Shown here in pieces: positions 21,100-29,601 of a stretch of DNA of 64,000 bases. Below the pieces are notes generated by a model. That model was not told the DNA's origin. It searched no databases and was given only the letters and a program-made list of their open reading frames with translations. This stretch comes from Corallochytrium limacisporum Hawaii. Its lineage: Eukaryota > Protista > Pluriformea. The position numbers and the translations under genes are program-made. Every line of letters starts with the position of its first letter. Positions within the stretch are counted from its first letter, which is position 1. The stretch spans positions 42,133 to 106,132 of the forward strand of contig PDIP01000086.1 of assembly GCA_002811645.1 (NCBI GenBank), given 5' to 3'.

Positions 21100-22930
21100 T
21101 AATTGTTCAAGAGCTGGCACTGGGTGAGGGCTTACGTCCCTGAGAGTTGCTGACAGACAGGAACGAAGTTTAAATTGTGACGGATGCGCTGAGAATTCCT
21201 CTATCACTTGCTTTCGAATGCAAGATCAGGTACAGGGCCGGCCAGCTTTCCAACGTGTCCTAGCCTCCTCCCCTTGTCACTGTATGGATTCCACGCAGGT
21301 CGGTGTTTTGGAAGAATTTCAGCCGTAATTGAGAACCGGAGAAACGATATCGAAGAACAGGTGGCGATAGGGAATAGGATCTCCACAGCTGACCTGGTGC
21401 ACGACGGTACCGTGTACTTGCTTTCACTTTCCTCAATACTGGCGGCGGTGATGGCTATGGTCGTTGTGTTGCCCCGGCCTATGACGTACGGTATTTTCTG
21501 AGGGCAGGTACCCACTGCTTCCATAAATCAGCGGCTGATGCGGTTCGAATTTCCTCTGGTAGAACCCAAAGTTCAGTCGTGTAGGTGCACAGATTAAGGG
21601 TGGGGATTGTGTGGCTTTTGCTTGGGACCAATGGGATGCTTGGCTGTTGCAACGTGAGCGCTTGAATGGGGATTTAAGCGAAACTGGACACCCCTTCCTT
21701 CCTTCGCGACACCCGCGAGGTGGGTCGATGAAAGGGGACGGGGGCGCCGCTTACACCGAAGCCTTGTGCGCCCACTGTACCTCTGTCCTCTTAATTCCTA
21801 ACGGTTTGTCATTTTTCGGGATTGTGGTGATGCTTTACCAGAACATGCAAGCGTCACCGCAGAGAAACCACCTGATGAGCGATACCCAAATGGTGTTTGG
21901 TGACAATGTGCTGGTTTTGTAGCTGGTAATTATCGACATTGGGTTTATTGTGTCCGTCCTGCAGGTCCTGGAATTGTTCATGCATAGCAGGACCTTGGAG
22001 GGTTCCCAAACTCGCACATTGATCAAAGAGAAACTCCAGCACTTAACAATAAATTGAGTCGCATTTGCCTTTCCTCAGTATTTGCCACTTGTCCAACGCA
22101 GTTGCTTGCGTCAATCATTCCTGACCTTCACAACACCGTCTTCAAGACTATAGGCTTTCGTCCCCAAGCTGCGTCACATCCATAGAGCATAGAGCACAGA
22201 TTGTCCCGCTTGTTTATCCTCTTATTGACAGCTTCATGCCCCAAGGTAGACCATTTCCAGCAGACGTCAGCAAGAAGAAGAACTCCAAATGTCTGATACG
22301 CACCTAGAATTGCAGTATTGGCAAACAAAGTGTACGAGACCGTGTTGAGTTCTCGTCAGCATTCTCTTTGATAGGCATGACCGTCTTGTCCTTGCTTGAG
22401 AGAGAAAAGCTGTTGTTGCGAAGAAGAGGGAGGTGTACCAAACATGTTTGTCCCGTTGCTTGTATACTGTAATGACGGCAACGAGGCGTTGTTGAAAGTA
22501 GTCAAACATCCCAGCAGTCCAGCGACTTGTGCTGTCGAACTGCAGTGGGTCCGAAAGTAGCCAGCTACCCTAAATTCTCATTAACTGTGCGTCAACCGAT
22601 GCGCATTTGATGCTTTTGACTCAGTACCGAAGTGATTAGTTACCTAACTTGACTTATCCAAAGGAGAAGATAAGGTGTGCGCGCCAAAAGTTTGAAATTT
22701 TGAAAGATCAGGCGGGTGCAACTGACGAAGTGAAAGGACGGTGCGCACGCCAAGGAGCCAATGAGCGCAGACCATGCCAGGCATGCACCCGCCCCCGGAA
22801 GTGATATCTCGAGCGTGTGGCCGGAACGAAAACCTACCGGTTCGGTTACCAAACCGCCGCGGCTTGATGCTCAGGAACCACATCCTACCGTTCATGAATC
22901 GAACAGGTACCAGGTCTGCAATCAGTGGCA
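21100..22930 (-). pseudogene. BBS7: Heavily eroded BBSome subunit BBS7 pseudogene
   Basis: Colinear fragments in shifting frames versus recalled human BBS7: LQFDST~LSFETN (22545); HLPLLRNNSFSLSSKDKTV~[21 protein letters not shown] (22435); GTICALCSMDVTQLGDESL/AYSLEDGVVKV~[30 protein letters not shown] (22207-22123); GKANATQFIVKCWS~GKDSYDEIVVSTYS (22074); FQDLQ..DNYQ~LEHLQ..ENYQ; NTTTIAITAASIEE~DTTRLELKIRSIEG (21470); FFQNTDL..TRGGG~YFQNTFL..RKGEG (21316). Ends approximate. Confidence 0.7.
22679..22716. promoter_or_regulatory. E2F-like GCGCGCCAAAA, two CHR-like TTTGAA and GGCGGG in one cluster
   Basis: gcgcgccaaaagtttgaaattttgaaagatcaggcggg seen directly; target gene unclear. Confidence 0.35.
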
Positions 22931-23823
22931 AGGCAACCTTGGGACGCTTATTTGACGACTCTTTCTCTTTCCGGAACCGGGTTTGTCAGCGTACATTCCT
23001 GTGCATGAGGAAAGGATGAAGAAATGCCACATGAGTCCAGATCTTGGTGTGTCGTGGATAGCAACAATGCAGGCCGGCACCCGCGCATCGCTGGGCGGCA
23101 CTGAACTACAAAGACGTCAGGATAAAGACAGGGGTCCAAATTCTTCGCGCCCATATTTCTTTGGCCACTTTATAGCTGCACCCCTAATGCATACAGGTTA
23201 TTCTTTTTAAATTACAATCGGGAGTCTATTTTTTTAAAAAAAATTTGAGGACCAAGCAGCCGCTCGCTATCCACCGCTAGCAAGACCGAATCACCGAAAC
23301 CTGAGCCCACAAGTTGGTGCGTAGTCGGTTTTCTATGGAAATCACGAAGAACATGGTGGGTGGCTGAACAGACAGGCTCAACGCAGGCGGTCTTGGGGTC
23401 CGTGGTCCAACAGCATCGAAACATTTGCCTTATAACCGGTATATAAGCGGTTACTGCGGTAAAAGCGCAACTCTTTCGCAGTTCTTGTCCGGGCTCGACG
23501 TATAGAATCTACACATGTAAATTACGGGCAGAAATGAAGGGAGGGGAAGCTCGGGCTTGGCTTGCAATCGGGCCAGGACAGGCTTAGCAGGACTGGGCCA
23601 AAAATAGCACGGATGACTCTGTCCATCTAGAGAACAGGAAAGGTTCCGCACGACCATTGTGTAGGGCCTTCATTCATCCCTAGCAATTGGACACAAGAAT
23701 AACAGTCCGTACAGCATTACCAGGCAGTTAAGCTATAGAAAACTATGTGCTTCGGTCATGTAGTAATCTCTGGTTTAAGTTCGTGTCCTTCAGACTTATT
23801 CAATTGAAGAACAGAAAGTAAAC

Positions 23824-24762
23824 ATGGCAGCACGTGTGCGCAAGATCCTTAGTGATCTGGTTCCCGAGTTCGGGGAGTCGGCTAAACTGCAGAGTGTCAT
23901 GTACGAAGTGAAGGGTAGGGTTGCGCATATCACTCTCAACCGCCCGGAAAGATTAAACGCTATCGATATGCGCATGCCGAAAGAGATCAAGCATTGTGTT
24001 GCAAAGGCTAATGCCGATGAACGTGTGAATTGTATTGTTCTCACTGGGGCTGGACGCAGTTTCTGTGCCGGCTACGATCTGATCGACTACGCCGAGAAGA
24101 AGGGCACGAATGAGGGCAGCCAGGACATGCCCTGGGACCCCCAGATTGACTATGAGTTCATGTACGCCAACACTCAAGACTTCATGTCCCTCTGGCGGTC
24201 GTACAAGCCCACCATCGCAAAGGTCAAGGGTCACGCTATCGCTGGTGGTAGCGATATTGCTTTGAGCTGTGATCTGGTAGTAATGACCGACGAGGCCAAG
24301 ATCGGCTATCCTCCCGCCCGTGTGTGGGGTGTACCAACGACTGCGATGTGGGTCTATCGCGTCGGTTTAGAGCAAGCCAAGCGCATGCTCTTCCAAGGTG
24401 AGGTTATTGATGGCAAGGAAGCCAAACGCATCGGCCTCGTAATGGATGCTGTGCCTGCCGCTGACATTGATAGCTATGTCGATCGGCTGACGGCGCGCAT
24501 CTCCAGCGTACCCAAGAACCAGCTAGCCATGACCAAACAGATTGTGAACCATGCCGCTGATCAGATGGGCATCCAGAGCACGCAACAGTTTGCCACTTGG
24601 TTTGATGGTATTGCTCGCCATAGTCCAGAGGGAATGGCCTTCAAGAAACGCAGTGAACAGGTGGGTTTCCAAAAGGCTGTCAAGGAGCGTGATTCCGGTA
24701 AGCCATTTGAGGAAATGTGGGGTCCTGAGACCTGGGAGAACGATAAGAAGCCTCGATTCTGA
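23824..24762 (+). CDS. Enoyl-CoA hydratase/isomerase (crotonase superfamily)
   Basis: ITLNRPERLNAI, SFCAGYDL, KPTIAKVKGHAIAGGSDIALSCD, AKIGYPPARVWG. Confidence 0.92.
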   Translation: MAARVRKILSDLVPEFGESAKLQSVMYEVKGRVAHITLNRPERLNAIDMRMPKEIKHCVAKANADERVNCIVLTGAGRSFCAGYDLIDYAEKKGTNEGSQDMPWDPQIDYEFMYANTQDFMSLWRSYKPTIAKVKGHAIAGGSDIALSCDLVVMTDEAKIGYPPARVWGVPTTAMWVYRVGLEQAKRMLFQGEVIDGKEAKRIGLVMDAVPAADIDSYVDRLTARISSVPKNQLAMTKQIVNHAADQMGIQSTQQFATWFDGIARHSPEGMAFKKRSEQVGFQKAVKERDSGKPFEEMWGPETWENDKKPRF

Positions 24763-24799
24763 AATGTTTTGACACTTGCGTCCTTATACTGCTTATTGC

Positions 24800-24805
24800 A
24801 ATAAA
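24800..24805 (+). promoter_or_regulatory. Putative polyadenylation signal AATAAA after the crotonase stop
   Basis: TTGCAATAAAC with the hexamer 38 nt after the stop; the same 11-mer occurs at the same distance after the LYS4 stop (AATAAA at 28351-28356). Confidence 0.5.
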
Positions 24806-24870
24806 CAAAAAGGTTGTCGGTGAGGAAGAGAAGTACTGTATATGCTGTTTATGCTACCTTTATCGTTAGT

Positions 24871-25416
24871 TTATACTGCAGGAGCAGGAAGTTTCTTGAT
24901 CTCCTTCAGGATCTTATCATAGTCATTTCCGTACTTCTCACCGCGGGGCATCAGCAGTACACTGGTGGGCCGTTTAGTGCTGGCAGCAGCACCAAGGACC
25001 TCCTTGCTAGCAATGTAGACGTAAACCACCTCGCTCTCTTCACAGAGAACAGGGACGTGAGTAATAACATCGATGGGAGAAATATCTCCGGCAATTATAG
25101 CGATACCCTTTCCGCCCTTTCGGAGGGACTTCACGACCTCCTTCACACCACGCTTCAGGGTCTTGTCCTTGGCAGCCTTGCGCACAGTCTTCATCAAAGC
25201 CTCAGCAAGAGCCTTGTCTGCCATAGGTTGCGCAATCGGAGTCACCCGCTTGAGTTGATCCTCGTATGGTGCAGTGGCCTCAATATCAAATTCACCAGTG
25301 TCAATCTCGATCTTTGAGCTTGTCTTCTCCTTCTTTTCCTTCTTCTCCTTCTTCTCCTTCTTCTCCTTCTTCTCCTTCTTCTCCTTCTTGGATTTCTTAG
25401 ACGAGTCCCTACCCAT
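24871..25416 (-). CDS. NHP2: H/ACA snoRNP subunit NHP2 (L7Ae family) with N-terminal KKE repeats
   Basis: PIAQPMADK, LKRGVKEVVKSLRKG, IAGDISPIDVITHVPVLCEE, LGAAASTKRPTS; ATG at 25416. Confidence 0.93.
   Translation of the reverse strand: MGRDSSKKSKKEKKEKKEKKEKKEKKEKKEKTSSKIEIDTGEFDIEATAPYEDQLKRVTPIAQPMADKALAEALMKTVRKAAKDKTLKRGVKEVVKSLRKGGKGIAIIAGDISPIDVITHVPVLCEESEVVYVYIASKEVLGAAASTKRPTSVLLMPRGEKYGNDYDKILKEIKKLPAPAV
25324..25389 (-). repeat. 9-nt coding tandem repeat (AAGAAGGAG) x ~7 encoding KKE
   Basis: Seen directly as (cttctcctt)n on the + strand. Confidence 0.9.
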
Positions 25417-26252
25417 GGTTGCTACTGTTTTGTTGTTGGAGCCAAGCAAACTCTGTGCCTTGTCTGTTCTGGTGTGCTACTTGTACTCCGAATGATATTT
25501 TCTTGAAGCTCCAAGAGTGTAAATGGCTTAGTTCACAGCTCCAAATACCCACACATGTAAGATTAGACTGCAGCCAGACACGCGTAGTGTTTGTCCACCG
25601 CACCGCCCAACCAGCACTTACCATTGTACAGTACCATGACATCGCTCCCTTGCATGACCTTTGGAAGCGTGCGGTTGTGTGGTCAGTGTACCTAGCCCAT
25701 CTGCTAGTGCTGCCTCTGCCTGCCACCATGTGGCGGTGGGTTGGGGATTTCGCCTGGCCGGGTTTCAATGGGATCAGGAAACGGACTCGGTACTTGCTGT
25801 GGGGACACCGAAACCTCCTCAGTACATTCACTATAGACTTCCACAGCAAATCTTATCATCCCGTACTCAATGTACTCAGGACACGCCGTTGATTGTGCTA
25901 CCGCTGCATGGCGCTAGCTGAACACCTGTTGGAAATAGCCCAGTTTCCAAAAACTGCCGGAAAAATGGCTGATGAATGCTTTGCGCCCCCGACACAACGG
26001 CTCGAAATGCCATTCAGTCGTATGCCCGTCGGTTCAATGGCTCGGGCATAGGAGTAGCTCATGAGTTTGCTGACGTGGTACAAAGCCTTAGTCCTGTGTC
26101 ACTTATTCCTACACAGTTATCATTTTCAGGCTTCACGCTGATTATGAGAGAAAGGTACTGAACAAAGAACGAAAAGGATAAGTCTAGAATGGCCAAGACT
26201 TTGAGACCATTCATAGTGGCTTGAGTATTCGGGAGACGAAGAGTTGATCACC

Positions 26253-28313
26253 ATGCTCGGTCAATTGTCTGGGCTGCGTGCGCGGGCAGGCAAGCTCGCC
26301 ACTGCCGCACCCTCATATGGCACCGTGCGTTTTTACGTTTCCGGTAAGACCCTAGTGGAGAAGATTGTAGAGCACCACGCCGAAGGGTTGGCTCCTGGTG
26401 AGTCGGTAACCAGTGGTGAGTTCGTGACCATCAGGCCGAAGCACGTCATGACTCACGATAACACTGGTGCCGTACTTAAGAAGCTAGAGGCTTTGGAGGC
26501 CTTGAAGGGAAATAAGTTGAATATGAACAATTCCAAGCAGCCAGTTTTCACCCTCGATCACAACGTCCAAGACAAAAGTGAGGGGAACCTGAAGAAGTAC
26601 GCAAAGATTGGGGAGTTCGCCGCAGACCGTGGCGTCGATTTCTATCCGGCAGGTAGGGGCATCGGTCACCAGATCATGTGTGAGGAAGGCTATGTCAGTC
26701 CTGGTAGTATGGTCGTAGCTAGTGATAGTCATAGCAACATGTACGGAGGTCTGGGTTGTCTTGGAACACCGGTGGTGCGCACTGATGCAGTGAGCATCTG
26801 GCTACGCGGTACGACTTGGTGGCAGGTCCCACAGGTCTCGAAGGTGCTGTTAAAGGGCAAGCTGCCAGTGGGAGTGACGGGTAAGGATGTCATCATCACT
26901 CTGTGTGGAGTGTTCAACAAGGATGAGGTGCTGAACCATGCGATTGAGTTTGAAATGGAGCACCCTGAACAATTCAGCGTGGATGACCGTCTCGCGGTTG
27001 CGAATATGACCACTGAGTGGGGAGCTGTTGCAGGCTTGTTCCCAGCTGATGAGATCACCAAGCAGTGGTACGTCAACCAACTAGCCTTCCTCGAGAGCCG
27101 TAGACCCTCAAGGAAGGTGGAGAGCCGTTTGGCACGCATGCGGAAAATTGTGGATACTCTGGACCAGGTCCCTCGTGTTGCCGACGCAAATGCCCAGTAT
27201 GCTAAGGTCCTTGAGCTGGACCTGTCAACCGTACGACCACATGTCTCCGGTCCGAACCATGTGAAGATCATGGAACCCATTACCGACCTCTTGGCCATAG
27301 AGATCGACAAGGCCTACTTAGTCAGCTGTGTCAACTCTCGCGCCAGCGATATTCGTCTCGCCGCCGAGGTGATCGGAGACCAGAAAGTCGCTGAGAATGT
27401 CGAATTCTACGTCGCTGCAGCCAGCAGTGAGGTCCAACAGGCGTGTGAGGAAGATGGTGTATGGCAAAAGCTCCTAGCTGCTGGTGCCAAGCCGCTCCCC
27501 GCTGGCTGTGGACCATGTATAGGTCTCGGCGAGGGTCTCCTACAGGAAGGTGAGGTGGGCATCAGCGCCACCAATCGCAACTTCAAAGGGCGCATGGGCC
27601 ACAAGAACGCTCTTGCGTACCTGGCAAGCCCCGCCGTAGTCGCTGCCAGTGCTGTAAGTGGTTACATCACCGCACCAGCTGGTCTGGTGAATTCTTCCCC
27701 AGTTGAGATTAAGTTTGCCTTGAAAGAGATCGCCCCCGGTACCAAGAGCAATAAGAAGATTACCTTCATCGATGGGTTCGCACAACAGCTGCAAGGCCCA
27801 GGGTTGTTTGTCACTCAGGACAATATCAATACTGACGGTATCTACCCTGGCAAATACACCTACAACGACAACATTAGCCTCGAGGAGCAGGCGAAAGTCA
27901 GCATGGAGAACTACGACCCTGCTTTCTTGACCATGATGAAGCCAAACAGTGTCCTTGTTGCCGGCTTCAACTTTGGCACTGGCAGCAGTCGTGAGCAAGC
28001 CGCAACGTGCCTCAAGGCTGCTGGTATTCAAATGGTCATCGCCGGATCCTTTAGCGAGACGTACAAGCGCAACGCCCTAAACAATGGTCTACTGGCTGTC
28101 GAGTGTCCGTCTCTAGTTACTGCACTGAAGAGCAAGTACTCGTCAAATGACAACCTCACCGTACAGCTGCCCTCTAACGTGCTGGTGAACTTCACTGAGT
28201 CTTCTATTACTTTCGGCGGTGATTCCTTCCCCATTGCCCCCATTGGTCCCGTAGCTCAGGAGCTCATTGTCACTGGTGGTCTGGAGGAGATCATCAACCG
28301 ATCGCTTGCGTAG
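26253..28313 (+). CDS. LYS4: Mitochondrial homoaconitase (alpha-aminoadipate lysine pathway)
   Basis: Presequence-like N-terminus; MTHDN, FTLDHNVQDKSE, GRGIGHQIMCEEG, VASDSHSNMYGG, TTWWQVP, SCVNSR, GCGPCIGLG, NRNFKGRMG; fused swivel domain NINTDGIYPGKYTY and NFGTGSSREQAA. Confidence 0.95.
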   Translation: MLGQLSGLRARAGKLATAAPSYGTVRFYVSGKTLVEKIVEHHAEGLAPGESVTSGEFVTIRPKHVMTHDNTGAVLKKLEALEALKGNKLNMNNSKQPVFTLDHNVQDKSEGNLKKYAKIGEFAADRGVDFYPAGRGIGHQIMCEEGYVSPGSMVVASDSHSNMYGGLGCLGTPVVRTDAVSIWLRGTTWWQVPQVSKVLLKGKLPVGVTGKDVIITLCGVFNKDEVLNHAIEFEMEHPEQFSVDDRLAVANMTTEWGAVAGLFPADEITKQWYVNQLAFLESRRPSRKVESRLARMRKIVDTLDQVPRVADANAQYAKVLELDLSTVRPHVSGPNHVKIMEPITDLLAIEIDKAYLVSCVNSRASDIRLAAEVIGDQKVAENVEFYVAAASSEVQQACEEDGVWQKLLAAGAKPLPAGCGPCIGLGEGLLQEGEVGISATNRNFKGRMGHKNALAYLASPAVVAASAVSGYITAPAGLVNSSPVEIKFALKEIAPGTKSNKKITFIDGFAQQLQGPGLFVTQDNINTDGIYPGKYTYNDNISLEEQAKVSMENYDPAFLTMMKPNSVLVAGFNFGTGSSREQAATCLKAAGIQMVIAGSFSETYKRNALNNGLLAVECPSLVTALKSKYSSNDNLTVQLPSNVLVNFTESSITFGGDSFPIAPIGPVAQELIVTGGLEEIINRSLA

Positions 28314-28487
28314 GGCGATTAGGACATTGTACCATAGTATCATCATTTGCAATAAACGGTTACACATAAAGAAACGATAACGTTTGGGTCTGTCTTGTCT
28401 GACCAAGAGCCCTGCCATCAGCTACTTCCACTTAAGCGAAACCAGCAAAGTGCTTACCCCCAAAAAGGCACTTTTCTCCTTCCCCCC

Positions 28488-28708
28488 NNNNNNNNNNNNN
28501 NNNNNNNNNNNNNNNNNNNNNNNNNNNNNNNNNNNNNNNNNNNNNNNNNNNNNNNNNNNNNNNNNNNNNNNNNNNNNNNNNNNNNNNNNNNNNNNNNNNN
28601 NNNNNNNNNNNNNNNNNNNNNNNNNNNNNNNNNNNNNNNNNNNNNNNNNNNNNNNNNNNNNNNNNNNNNNNNNNNNNNNNNNNNNNNNNNNNNNNNNNNN
28701 NNNNNNNN
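28488..28708. other. Assembly gap (221 N) flanked by C-tracts
   Basis: N run with cccccc on the left and cacccccccacaccccc on the right. Confidence 1.
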
Positions 28709-29601
28709 CACCCCCCCACACCCCCTTTTCTTCCTCTCTTTTATTCCCTTTGAATTAGGACCCTCGCTCCTGCCGTTTTCTCTTCCTTCCCCTACCGGTT
28801 GGCCATGGAAACGAATTGCCGAAGCAGGCCGCATCGAACGTATTTGGGACCGCACGCGGAGTGGTAGGTGGTCCATCTGTGCCACTAGTGAAAGCAACAA
28901 AACTCTGAAATGAAATTTTGATGGGATACCGCATGAGAGAGGGAAAGGCGGAAAACGAGATTAGGTGGGCAGGGGTTACCCATCGCTCACAGCTCGTCAG
29001 CTGGGGCCGTCTTCCTTTCCCCTCCGTGTGAGTCCGCAACGGTGGGCAGTACGCGATCACCTTGAAACTAGGGCACCCTTGGTAGAGGGCACTGCAAGCA
29101 AGAATTCGGATGGTAGACGAAGAGTTCTGACCTAACGTCATAAGCATTCAGTCTAAAGCTTGGTTTCTGTTTCGCACACGGGAGGATCGCAATGGCAGAA
29201 ATGCAGAAAGGTCGGAAGTGATGGCAGACGGGTGACATCAAGAAGTGAACTCGGAATGCCTGACGGGAGCAACTTTGAAGAAACATCACCTGAAGAGGAT
29301 TGAATATCTTTGGTATCTTGTACTGCAGATTCATGTATAGTGGTGTCAAGTCTCATTCACGACCTTCCAACAGGACCTACGACAGAAGATATGGCTTGCT
29401 TCAATGATTCACAGAAAGCTAATTCCAGGATCTTTTGATCACACTCTGTCGCTGACTGAAGAACGACTTAGAGTGCTGGATCCTGCGCAGTATCGGACAT
29501 GACTGTTTATTCAGTAACAAAATGAGGTGAAACTCTTGAGGTCACCAGTAGTATGAGGAAAGAAGGCTGTTAAGGGCAAACTTAGACACTCACAGACCAC
29601 A

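Noticed and set aside
23051-23065. RFX X-box-like half sites near relics (ATAGCAAC at 23058 and 11848, GTTGCTATGG at 10244, CCAGGGCAAC at 42149)
   Set aside because: None is a full palindrome, and about two copies of a given 8-mer are expected by chance on both strands of 64 kb.
25430-25625. ATG-GTAAGT donor on the minus strand upstream of NHP2, as a possible 5' intron or snoRNA host
   Set aside because: No convincing acceptor or complete snoRNA box set; not supportable without RNA data.
28384-28913. ORFs spanning the N run
   Set aside because: Artefacts of the assembly gap.
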